From: Neodothiora populina
Taxonomy: Eukaryota
Length of the DNA: 64,000 bases
Reading direction: 5' to 3'
Assembly (NCBI RefSeq): GCF_041146345.1
Contig: NW_027191404.1
Coordinates: 620,001-684,000 of the forward strand
Shown: piece after piece, positions 24,826-37,100 of the stretch
How the letters are laid out: every line of letters starts with the position of its first letter
Numbering within the stretch: position 1 is the first letter of the stretch
Notes under the pieces: generated by a model
Databases searched by the model: none
What the model saw: only the letters and a program-made list of their open reading frames with translations
What the model was told of the DNA's origin: nothing
Made by a program: the position numbers and the translations under genes

Positions 24826-25649
24826 TGTGCGAGTGACCCTGGGTGCTTGTCCTTGTGCTTCTCGGGTCAACGATATGTCGATGATGATGCTGTCTTGTTG
24901 CTGTCTGGAGGGAGAAAAAGGAACGGAGTCTAATCAGCCCAAAAGGTCATCGGACGCAAGTAAAGGAACGTTGTCATCCTGTCATAGCGCCGAGACCCAC
25001 CTTAGGTTTGGTTACTGCGGAGAGAAGACCCCTCCACCGCGCAATTTCTGTCTTCCGGCGGTGTTTCTTGAGGATTTGCTCCGGACGCCTGACGCTCAAC
25101 GCAAGTGGGACCGGGAATACAATGTTGTATATATCAAAACAAAAGACAGTGCCGCCCTGATCAATATACAGATGAGATGCGGATGGCAATGACAGGAAAT
25201 GAACCCCTGATCGGACACTTGACATGCAGATGGAGTGTAGTACGGTAAAATCGACCTCGGAGGAGGCCGAGGCACAAGACTCTTTCTGCAGCCTTCGTTC
25301 TTTGTTGCACGGGCCGGTACCTTGAATGGTAATTCTTTACACAAATACACCGCAACAAAGAATGTTTTCGCTTTAGGTACTCGGGTCGACTCTTGCGGTC
25401 ATCTGCTTCGTGACAAGGTAGACATATGCGTGGAAGATGATCAAAGTCGAATGCACTTTTACATACAGATCACGTTGACAAGATTCGCCACCGGAGCATG
25501 TAAATGCAGCATCACGTCACAGGCGAGCACAAAGCTGGGCACAGAGGGTGAATGCGAACGCGAATGCCCACAACTTGTCCTTCGTCACAGGTGGGGCGCT
25601 AGTGAGTTATGATATATATTCATGCAAGCTGCTGGTAAATACTAGATAA

Positions 25650-26828
25650 TCACAGAGTCTTCAAGAAATCCAACACTGCTTCCGTGAACTTCTCTGGCTG
25701 CTCCTGCTGCACCCAATGTCCAGCATTCGCGATGAACGTGACGCCCCTGAAGTCTGAGCAAGTGTTCTTGTAGTCATGCAGCGCTCCAGGCTGTTGGAAA
25801 TTGCCCCAGTCTTGTTCGCCGCTGATGAACGCACATGGGACTTCGATCTTTCTCCCTGCGAACAGCAGCATGTCTCTGCGTTGTACGGGACTCGCACTGA
25901 TCTGCGCCCGGTACCAGTTCAAGCCGCCCTGGAACCCTGTCCTCTGCCACTCGCGGACATAGACCGCCAGATCTGCATCTGAAAGCCATCGAGTTGTGAG
26001 ACGATCATCTTCGTCGTCCATCTCTCGAGCGACTGTCTCAGGCATTGTCATATCAAGGGGCATGATGTAGTAGTGTGGCATTTGCTCCAACTCCTTTGCG
26101 GACCATTCCTTGAGCGGATGCGGGTTGTTATGCTTCCAGTCCGCCGATTTGAGATGAAAATAGCCTCGAAGGAATTCGTGAAGCCCTTGCTTTGGGGTCT
26201 CCCAGTCGCGCGCCGCCGGGGCAGTCGAATTATACCATTTGTAGTGCTTCCTCGGCGGATTCAGCCTTGCTAAATCTGCCTGTATGTCTATACTCGATCC
26301 TGTCACTTTGTCTCGTTCGACCAGAGGTTTCTGTGACAGTGGCACGGCGAAGGGAGGCGTTGGAGGAGCATGGTGGGGGTGCGATGCTTGGATGCAACTC
26401 TGGAAGATGTCTGGTCGGATCAAGGGAGCCATGGCACTGGACACTGCTCCGAAATCGTGACCGATGTGACAATGTACCTTTTCGTAACCCAGGGCGTAAA
26501 CAAGACAGACAAGGTCGCGAACTAGATTTGTGATTGTAAAATCGTTCAAGTCGACCTTGTCATAAGGTCTGGTGTCCCAGCCAGTTGTACGTCCATACCC
26601 ACGTTGATCAGGAGCAACTACCAGGTACCCGGCGGCTGCCAGCTTGGCCATGACCTTGCGCCATGAAAAGGCCAACTCGGGGAAGCCATGCGTGATCAGT
26701 ACAAGAGGCTTCTTCTCTGACAAATCGCCAGCGATGAGTACATGGAACACAAGTCCACACGATGAAGTGCAGTCGACATAGGATTCTTTGACACCGTCAG
26801 GTAGGGGAAGAGGGTCAAGGTCGGCCAT
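25650..26828 (-). CDS. Alpha/beta-hydrolase, epoxide hydrolase family
   Basis: HGFPE, APDQRGYGRT, nucleophile GHDFG, LNWYR, catalytic GHWVQQEQP; intronless. Confidence 0.9.
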   Translation of the reverse strand: MADLDPLPLPDGVKESYVDCTSSCGLVFHVLIAGDLSEKKPLVLITHGFPELAFSWRKVMAKLAAAGYLVVAPDQRGYGRTTGWDTRPYDKVDLNDFTITNLVRDLVCLVYALGYEKVHCHIGHDFGAVSSAMAPLIRPDIFQSCIQASHPHHAPPTPPFAVPLSQKPLVERDKVTGSSIDIQADLARLNPPRKHYKWYNSTAPAARDWETPKQGLHEFLRGYFHLKSADWKHNNPHPLKEWSAKELEQMPHYYIMPLDMTMPETVAREMDDEDDRLTTRWLSDADLAVYVREWQRTGFQGGLNWYRAQISASPVQRRDMLLFAGRKIEVPCAFISGEQDWGNFQQPGALHDYKNTCSDFRGVTFIANAGHWVQQEQPEKFTEAVLDFLKTL

Positions 26829-28256
26829 TGTACAAAGACAACAACGACAGTGTTATTTTTTTGGGATGGTTTACAGTCAACACAGACTATGTACAAAAGT
26901 CACAAATCAACTTGTCTACCGAAAAGATGTACGTGGTAAGGCATGTAAGAGGCCATCATAGCCTTATATCGCTGGGACTACAGGTAAGGTAGACAACACA
27001 TCTGTGTCTGGTATGGTGTGCCTAGGCTGCAGAGCTTACTCGGCACCGCGGCGGTGGAAAAGCGGAGATGCTGCATGTGTGGAAAAGGCGATGCGCTCGA
27101 CATACTGTAGACGCGAGGCTCAAGGTACAGAAGCATTCCCACATGATCTTCGAGGGAATAAATGTGAGCTTTGGACTTGGACCATCTTGCTCGGTCAGAA
27201 CTATTGCGCGACCTTGTTCTTCAGATGGGTCTGTCGCACAAGGCAAGGAGGGCGATCGGCAGACTATTGAGTGGAGAATCAAGCATTGGAATAGATGAGG
27301 ATACACACTGTGGTTCAGTGGGGAAAAGCCTTGGCTACAGCGACGTACAGAAGATACGACAGCGGAACTGTGGGAGATCTGCATCGAGAAGGGAGCGACT
27401 GAATCACCGGGAGAAAACATTAATCTTGTAAAGTGGATCGACTCACGAAAGAATACAACAACGCTGCGTGCAGGCCCCGTGACTTTACGAAGCTACACGA
27501 ATGCTGAATGCCCAGCATACTGGTGCCTCACACCGAACCCTACTACACGCAGACTCGAAGCTGGATGATGATTGTTTTCGCACATCGTTCACAGGAGGTC
27601 GAGATAAAGTACAAGTAAGACGGTGCCACGAAAGCTTCAGCCAGCACAACAAGGTCAGGGCTAGACTCCTCCGAGACTGCAATGACAAAATGAGGTTCCG
27701 CACGGTCCCACTCGATCGTCATAGCAATTGCATTGGAACCAACCTGAACTAAGGTAGGTGGTGAAGGGTGAAGCTTTCAAGCCGTCGCTGCAGTGTATCG
27801 AATGTTGAGTATCGCTCATTTCAACTCTTGTTTTCCTTTCCCCTACTATCGGTTTTTTCCCACTTTGATCATTTCGCATCATGTCCCTCAGGATTTGCTC
27901 AGAAAGACATTGATTTGGTCAAGGGTCAAGGCTTCGACATTCCAATATTCCTCTACCACTAAGGTCATCGCAGACAACTCCCACGTTCAGACCATGTACT
28001 TGTACTTTCGTTAAACATATCACCGCTTTCTCTTCAATTGCGCAAACACGTCCTCTGACGGCATATGCACCACGGCCCGGCACTTTCGCGTCGTCACAAC
28101 CATTACTCTCCATCAACCCCAATACCATACAAGCGGCCATCGCGTCTGTCTGCAACTGGGTCTGTTGTTTACCTCAATTACCAGCCAAGCACACATCACT
28201 TGACTGTCAGCCCAGCCATCCGCCATTAGACTCGCTGAGGCCATCGTCACAAAACA

Positions 28257-31200
28257 ATGCCGTCACTATTCTCGAGGCGGCGGGCGAGCTCGCAACCGGT
28301 ATGTGCAGCAGAGGTACATCTGTACAAGCAAAGTGCAGACAGGGTGTCATTGGACGAGCAAGTCGAGTACTGAGAAGATGCTAACAAACAACGCCATTCG
28401 TAGCCGAGGCCCAGCGCACCCCCCAGCGCATCTGCAGCCATCGCGGCCAGCAGCGCCTTTCTGCAGAGTTCAACTTCAGCAGCTTCACTGTCGTCGGCCG
28501 CCGCTGCCGCTGCTCTGCGATCTCACACTGTGTCGCCGGAACCTATAGGGAACATCCAGACTAAGCGCATGATCCGGCGCGGATCGCAAACATCGAACTT
28601 CAGTCCCGACTCTGTGGGAGGACGGACAGGCGGTGGCAGAATATTGACAAGAAGAGATAGCAACTCTTCCATGACCGAGCGCACCTTCAGGTCTCCTTCC
28701 CCTGGTGGACGCTCAGACGCTGTGCCTCCTGCTGCCGATGCCCCTCCCGTGCCTGCAGTCCCTCAAAGTGCCAGGAGATCCGCCAGTCTTGAGCCTGCAC
28801 CCCTGCGCATCAGCTCCCCAGCACCGAAACGAGGTGGAAGAAACGCCAGCGTCGACAGGGCTGGTTTTGGCAGGGGCCAGACATCTCCTCCAGCGACCAG
28901 AGCGCCTATGCCTCGAGTCACCGAGCTCGAGCGAGAGACCAGCCAAAGATCGATCAATTTCTCGCGGCCGATGAGTCCCGGTCCCAGTCCTGGCCCCGCG
29001 TCACCCACGGCTCGTCCTCAATCAGCGGCAGGATGGTTCACTTCTCCCACTGTGAGCAACGGTACCCCTAGGGCATCTGTGGCAGACAAGCAAAAGCGAC
29101 CCTCGTCATCATTAGCTCTGTCTTCTCCCGAGGCGCGGAGAGTCGAGATGGACGTACAGAACGCAGCAGACAAGCCCGTGACGAAGAAGAAGAAAAAGAA
29201 GGCTGTGACGCCCAGCGAGGGGGCAGTGCTTGCTGGGGGTACAATGCATGCTGGTCCCACTGGCACTGCGGTACAGTCACCCACCTCCCCGATACAAAGC
29301 ACACAGTCCGCTCCACAGCTGGACAGTGCGGCAGCTACACCAGAGAAAAAGAAGAAGAGGAAAGTCCAGGTCGCAGTAGATACGCAGGTCGCGGATTATC
29401 CACCACCGAAAAACCCTGCCCGCTTTGCATCTCCAGTCAGAAGTGATAATGGAGCCTCTCCAGTCAACGCTGCTCCTCGATCGGTCGGAACGTTGCAGAA
29501 GCAGCCATCTGTCGTGCGCGAAGATCCAGAAGCCGAGAGCATGGCAGAGCGGGGCGCTTCACCCATGCGCACCACTACAAATAGCAATGTCTCGCCCACC
29601 AAAGACCATCGCCGCATCGTCAGCACATCTGCTGGTCCTGCTCAGCAGTATTTGTCACCTGGTGGTAGGCGATCTGCGAGCCTTGACATACCGAGAAACA
29701 CAATACCCCGATCTGGTTCACTCAGCCCGCAGAGAAACCGCGCCCACTTTTCCGATGTTGTTGTTGACTCAACCTCTAGCAAACATCAGCCTCCCCCGAG
29801 ATCAGTGTCGCCTTTCAAGTCTGCGCTGAAACACTCTCCTTCCTCGTCCATCAGGGGGAGCTCGCCCGCAGGACGAAACGACACCCGTATACGCGGTAGT
29901 GATGCTTCAGACACGACGTCCATAGCCTCTCAAGACGGGGCAAGTGCCGCTAAGAATAGCGATATCAGGAAGAAGAAAAAGAAGGCCCGCGTCAGCTTCG
30001 ACGACGGAGGTACAACTGTCTCGCCCCCGGTCTTCGACACTTCCCCTGCTGTTTCGAAACCCATAAGACGGGAGCTTTCTCCTGTTGCTGCTCACGATAG
30101 TGAGGGAGACGAAGCAATGACACCCCGCCCTGCACTGCCCTCCTTTGGCAGTGTGCGTAGCCGTAAGACTCCGTCACCTGACAGGGCGGAGAAGGTCACC
30201 GAGACCATCTCACCTACGACGTCTGGAACATCTCCAACGTACGAGCGCGGTCCTACCGAATTGACCAGCGACCACGCTCTGGGGTCTCTCGTAGCTCGTG
30301 ATTTTGCGGACAAATCCAAAGAAAGCCCGAGCGCACCGCTGCCTCCTCAAGTCACCTCTGTCGAAGGATCAGGTTATGCCTCGGACTCAAGTGCATACTC
30401 GCAAGACCCCTCGATCCATAGCGAGCATATCGAAAGACTGGAACCAGCGCCAGTAGAACAAAATACCGCGGCAGCTGTCGTTATGACCTCAGAGGAGTCC
30501 ACGTCGAAGGCTACGACTCACCAGCCATCAGCAATGTCACGATCCTACCACGACATCGTTGCGGACGTCTTAGCAGCGCCTGTCGTCTCTTCTTCCGGCG
30601 AAATAAGACCAATCTCTTCCGAGAGCGAGGATTCTGCAATGGCAGTACCAAATATCAACGTTCTGCCTGCGACACCGGGCCTTGAGGACGACAATCCAGT
30701 ATTTTCTCAACATCCTGAGCCTAATAAGAAGCCTCACTTTGACATTCCTGGCGGCTGGGAAGACTCGGGATCGTCTAAGAGCGACTCCGTTGTCCCTGCT
30801 CGCGTTGCGCCTGTAGCCAGCGAGGAGCCGGATTATGAATACAGTGAAGCAGATGAGGATAGCAGTGACAGCGATGAGTTGGGCACGCCAGGTGTAGCAG
30901 CAGAGCGCGTATCGCCGAATTTGGAGCCCATCTACGAATCCGAGTCCGACTCTAACGACAATTTCACCGATGCGAATGAGGACTTCGACGGCAATTTTGC
31001 TTCGCTCGATGCCGTCTTGGGTGGCAGCCCTGCCAAGTCGAGTGATCTCGATCGTGCCACAACGACCAGCTCTGACCTCTCCTTCAACGACCGGTCCGTG
31101 TCCCAAGTCTCAGCTGCCAGTCCTGTAGCAGTTTCGACCGCGAATCAGGTCCCTAATACGAACGGCGACTGGACGCAAGCCACCGCTTATTGGAGTAGTT

Positions 31201-33188
31201 TGACGAAGGAACGCAAAGATCAAATGGAGCGACAGGCTCAGCCTGTGGATAAAGAGGTCAAGTCTCCACAGCAATCTAAGCCCAAAGCTCGAGTCCAGCC
31301 GCCCATGGCTCTCCCTCTGCCGGTGACCGAGCCTGTACAGCCGCCTCTTGAATCCCCTGCCCTGCCTAGGTCACCTTCCGAGCAAAGCGACTCAAGATTC
31401 CCGGTGCTCAGAAAGAGCATGCGCTCCCCTGAGTCCCCTGTCACTGCTGCTCCTACACATGGCGAAACGCATCTGCGAAAGTCAATGCGATCACCAGGTG
31501 CTAGTGGCGGGACCATGAAGGCTTCGATGCGATCACCCGGCGCCAGTGGAGGCACTATGAAGACTTCGATGCGACCGGAACATGCAGATGCAAGACCAAG
31601 TCCTCAGAAGAAGCGTGCATCCGCCAATGCTGCCACGGCGCCATCTGCGTCTTCTACAGGCGCTGCCGCTGCGGCTGTCAGACAGAGCGCACCCGCACCG
31701 ATCGCCTCTGTTCCTGTTCTGCCTAACGACGACTCGGATTCGGAATCCAGTTTCAAGAAAAAGAAGAGAAGAGGTTCGGTATCAACCGTCGATTCTGCAG
31801 GACGATACAACATGAAGAGATCCATGCGCGGAAGTTCTGTCGATGTCTCTGCAGACCGAAGGCCACTTTCGCCTACACCGGCCCCTCGTGGAACTGGTCA
31901 GCTAAGTGTTCGATCGCTTTCACCCAACGGTTCCTTCATGGGACGCAACCGCGAGAGCGTAAGGACATCATTACGTGGTGGTCCCGTTGACAATACGCCG
32001 ACAATGCGTGGTAAGAACAGCAAGGCCATGCGGGATTCCAAGAGCCCCACACGGTTCAGCATGTCCGGTTTCTCGAAGCAGCCAGCCCGACCATCGTCGT
32101 CGACTGGTGGACGAACATCGAATTTGTTCAAGTCACGCTTCAATGACTCGGACGATGAAGATGATGGGGCGCCGTCATCTTCAATGGCCTTCCGAAGTCG
32201 CTTCGACGATTCAGACGATGAAGACTCGGCTGTCGGTCCACCTAGGCGCATGCCAGCCAATCTCCCACCCGTTCGTGGAATCCCGCATGGCCAAGACAGA
32301 TTTGACGACGACTCGACTGATCTAGAGGATTCGGAAGAGGAAGTAGCCGGCAAGACAAGAAACCGCAAGATCAAGAAGTCTTCGGATCGCGTAGCCACCA
32401 AGCCAGGTCTACCAAGCCAAGCAGATATCGATGCAGTTATGGACATCGCCCGAAGGAACGTAACAGCCATGAACGGTGGCAGACCACCAGGTACACTACC
32501 CGAAGAGCCAGCCAAGGCCGAGCCCATCAAGAAAGTTGTGACCGTCGATCCAGAACCTCATACAAATGGCACCAATGGGACTTTGGTTCCAACAACACCT
32601 ACCAAGCGAAGAGGCCTCTTTGGAAGCATGCTGGGTCGCAGACGTACGTCGTCCGTTGCTTCTGTTCCTCAGATCCCTTCGACCTATTACGCACCATCGC
32701 CCGCAGCTTCGCTTCCTCAGAGCCCATCAGGTGTAGGGAGTCCAAGGGGCAAGTTGCAAAGGAAGACAACAAGTCGCACCAACAGTAACATGTCCGCCAT
32801 GGGCGTTCACCAACGAGAGACCGTCACAACGCCTGAGCAAGCAGAGCTACCACGAGCAAACACCCCAGGAGGTCTATCGACTAACAGCCAGAACTGGCCT
32901 CTACCCAACCCCAACAAGATCAAATACGAGAATGATGCATCCACTCGGCCAGCGACCAGCGACGGGCCAGAAGCTGCTCGTCTACGAACGACCATGCGTG
33001 GTGACAACAGCAAACCACTCGGTGATCCATCGCGGCCGACGCTCAAGCGTAGGAGCCTGAGCGGCGGCGACATAGAACGCATGACTGCTTCAGCTGGCAA
33101 TGGTGGGAAGCATGTGACCTATAGTGAAAAGACTGGAAAGAAAAAGAAGTTTGGATTCTTGCGACGGGCTTTTGGGCTGGATGATTGA
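28257..33188 (+). CDS. Large Ser/Pro/Arg-rich disordered protein (~1600 aa), possibly an eisosome/cortical scaffold
   Basis: Exon 1 MPSLFSRRRASSQP (28257-28298), intron to 28403, then one long exon with LSSAAAAAALR, poly-Lys patches and C-terminal KKKKFGFLRRAFGLDD. The function is inference. Confidence 0.75.
31485..31574 (+). repeat. 42-bp coding tandem repeat, about 2.1 copies (MRSPGASGGTMKxS)
   Basis: Units start at 31485 and 31527; mostly synonymous differences. Confidence 0.85.
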
Positions 33189-34161
33189 TCTGGGAGAAGC
33201 GAGGAGGGAGGTGGTTTTAATGTGTAATTTTTGTTTTGCTGCTTATGTCCTGTTTTCCTTTTTTTTGTCCTTTGTCCACGCAACATACCCCCTTTTCTTC
33301 ATACAACAACAATAACAATACACGCAGGAAACAATTAATCAGGCTTGGGGGTCGGGGTGGAGCGTTGCTCTTGACTTGAACGAAGAGTGGATAGGAAACC
33401 ATATCTCATAATATAATTAGCACGCATGCATGCATACACATATATACAGTAGTCTCGAGAAAGTGCAATCAGCAGAGCACAGCCAAGTACGAAGCGAAGA
33501 GCGAAGAGCGAAGAAACACATAAAACAATACCGATTCTCCCGCTGCACTTTTCCAACATCTGCATTCTCTGCTCTTTCAATCATCGTACTCGTGTGCGGA
33601 CGTGGTAGCGTCAGACTTGTGGAAAATGCGCAGGATCGAGAATAGTACGCGGCCTTGGCCTTTCGGTCTGGTGGGTTAATTATAAGACTACCTAGTGAGT
33701 GAGGTTCACAGACTGCTCCTCACGAGATGTTTTTTTCGCGTCTTCACGTAGGCACACGTATCGCTGTTCATGTATATCGTCCAGAAATGGTGCCCATAGA
33801 AGCAAAAATGGGGATACAAGCAACGAGATCAACGCACGTATGTCCTGTTCATGGGAAGACTGGGTGTAATCAGATCCAGAGGCCTTGTGGTGGATGGAAC
33901 GAGACAGGGTCGCCCTGCTGACGCGAACCTTACCACGGTTTCTGTGTTTTTTCTTTCTTCTCAGGACTTCAAGCAAGGCATGGAAGATGGCAAGGTCTGG
34001 CATAACAATAAATTATCTACAAGGAGAGCTAAACGTTCCATTCTTCGTGATTCTCGTTGCCGAGGGAGATTCGAAAGGCTGTCAAGTGACAGGCTGATGC
34101 CATGTGGGGGCATTCACAACCAGAAGTCTACACCATATTTCGTCGTCGCTGGTGGGGCTAC

Positions 34162-37100
34162 TTACCGTCCCGAGTCGCGCTGCTCAATGATCTCAACTAT
34201 AGTTCGATGATTGGCTCTCTCCTCCTGAGGTCCAGCCCGATCCCTCGATGAAGCCAAGATCGGCGTCCGATTCCTCTGTCAAATAGACCGTAGACTCGTC
34301 TTCTGAATTGGGCTGTTCGTCTTCTGCGTTGGATGCACGAGTAACGGAAGCATCACCGTCACTTCTTAAATCATCGAGGATCTGCTTGAAAATCTGATCA
34401 CTTTCGAGGACGATATCTTAATCTCTCGCCTCATGGCTCTCTCCGATTTATCGAGTGTCTGGAACGAAGAGACTTCTCCGTTGCCCAGAACATGGATGTA
34501 ATCTCTTCGCATAGAGACGAACACTCCTTCCATTCTCTTCGTCATTTGCTTCCCCACGACCGTGCACATAACATCAAGCATTTCGTGAACGAGCCGTGTG
34601 GCATTGCGGAACATGACGTCCTTGTTGGCAGTCACTTCGTTCGTCATATGGACCTTCATCCTCGCGAAAGAACCTGCTCCGCATTCGTCTGTCGCTAAAT
34701 TGTAGGCTCTATGCATATACTCGCACACGGTCGGAGTGAATTTGCGGCTTGCGTCGCGCTGTTGCTCGTTGATTGTAAAAACTAGCGTGTTGGCAAGATC
34801 GGTGACGATGCCTTCGTAAGCTGATAGTTGATGTGAAAGCAGACTCAAGCGTGGGTTCGGGTCTCCGCGACTGTGCGCGCGTGCTTCGAGGTCGCGATGG
34901 AATGACCTCAGGGCAGCGGGAAATCCCTTGACGCAGGCTTGCATTACATGTGGTAAACGTCGGACAAAAGCCCTCTCCCATCCCGCGACAAGGTGCTTCA
35001 TCAAAGGTTCTGATCTGCTTATGATGTTAGCCAGCCATTGACAAACGCAATTTCTTTCTCTGTAGCTTACAATCCGGCGTTGAAGTCGCGACGAAATGCA
35101 CCTTCACGTCGGACGGTCGCTTTGTAAGTCGCCCATGGCAGCCCACCATCATTACGAGGAGCACCCCAACTTGCAGTAATAGGGACCGCGGCGTTGGACG
35201 CAACCTTCACGGCTGCGTCGAAATTTTCATAGATGTTCTCACTAAGCGCATCCTTCATGTTGGCCAGCGTCAATTTGATGCAACCTTCCATTGCTCGTTC
35301 GAGATCGCCAAGCTTGCGAAATAAATAATTGCTTTCAGCATTGAATTGTGTGCCTGTCAGTTGGGATGCCCCACCATCATTGGAAGCCCATAAATGCAAT
35401 GAATTCAAGAACTGATCGAGTCCGTTCAAGAACCCACGACAAGCCAGCGACCTTGTTCCTTCGGTCAGCTTCTTGCAATGCGTTTGCAATGCAGGTATCT
35501 CGGTTTCCTCGATGTTGGTGAAACCTCGGACAGGGTTGTCTTTGACCAAGCGGCCTTTGAGCTTCTGGTACGCCCTACTGCTGACACAGAATACCGGCAG
35601 AGAAGACGCGACAGCATCGTAATTGCCGACGTCTTCTTCTGGATCGAAAGTGTCTGGATTCTCCTCAGCTTGGTGTTCTTGGTCGAGCTCCTTGATGCCA
35701 GCAGCAAAGTCAACCTGGATAGCAGACTTTGAATATTTGTTACGCGATACAGACGGCGCTTCGCTTCGCTTCAATTTCGTCGATCTTCTTTTCGATGTCT
35801 TCGAAGCGAGGACTTATCTCGCTGATCTTTTTGTCCAGATCAGCGCGGAGGCGCCGTGCTTTCTTCTTGGTTGTCATGAGTTCCGATAATTTTGTCTCGA
35901 TATCCTCTTCAGTCAATGCTGGTCCTTTGCCAGTTGACATGACCACATCGTCATAGCTATCGTCGCTATCGCCGTTACTGTTGTCAGACCGCTTGCGCTT
36001 TCTTGATACTTGACCAGGCGCATAAACAGTCTTAAGACTTTCGAGATCTTCCTCAAGCTGTTCCCATTGTTCTAATTGCTCGTCCGCATCCTCAATCTGA
36101 TCGTTGCATGCCGCCCTTTCCTCTTTGTATTCACGCAAGGTTGCTCTCAATTCACTCCGGTTCGCCTCCACCTCAAAAAGTTCAGCATCAAGCTTCGCCA
36201 TCGTCTCCCCAAGGCCAAGGCTTTCCACAGCTTCTGTATTACTTATATCATCTGCTCCAGAGACCAGTGCATTGCTTCATATAGTGTTGAGCTACTGCGG
36301 CACGAGCAGTGTTTGAGTCGTGGACACCAGGGAGATCGACTACAACTGCACCGGTAGAGAGAGCGTCTGACTTAGCGTAGATGCGTACGACCTTGATCAG
36401 AGGCCATAACTCCATTTCCCTTTTTCGCGATCGTTTCTCCTCGTCGGCATGATCACTCATGGAATCCGGCTTCTCCTGCGAATTTACAAAATGCTGTAGG
36501 CGCTTGTAGAAGGCCGAGCAAGTGCGCTCTTGGATATGCTTGGTGGATCCAAGTACACTGCGAATGTGTTGCTCATTCATTAGTTGCTCTACAGAGCTTG
36601 AGGTCAAGCTTTCATTAGTGTATTTGTGGTAGACAGCCCTGGTTTTGGCATACGCGACGCCAGCATCGGTATCGCTGTTATATACCTCTCTTGATATATT
36701 ACCACTTCCGTCCAGCATGTCTTCGAAGAGAATCTTCAATTCCTTTTCCCAATCCTCGGGCTTGATGAACTCGATATCTGCGCGATACTTGCTGGCTGCA
36801 TCGTCACTATCGTTGTAGCTGATCTCGGTTACCACTGCTGTACAGGCCCGCATACAATTTGTCGGGAGTAATCTTTCTTCATCTAGCATTGAGTTCAGGA
36901 GGGCCGACTTGCCAGCACCTGTGTTTCCGACCACGCCTATCACAGTGCGAGCACGCGCAGCATTCTCTCTCACCGTTGCACTTTGCCTGAGCAAGTCTTT
37001 GACATCGGTCTGTGTTGAAGCTGGAGCGAATGCCGACTCGAGCTTCTTGAGTATCTGCACGCCGTTCGCGACACCTTTCTCTAGCAAGTCTGGATCATCG

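Noticed and set aside
27004..28155. Several short ORFs between the epoxide hydrolase and the large disordered protein
   Set aside because: No motifs; consistent with a divergent promoter and long 5' UTR.
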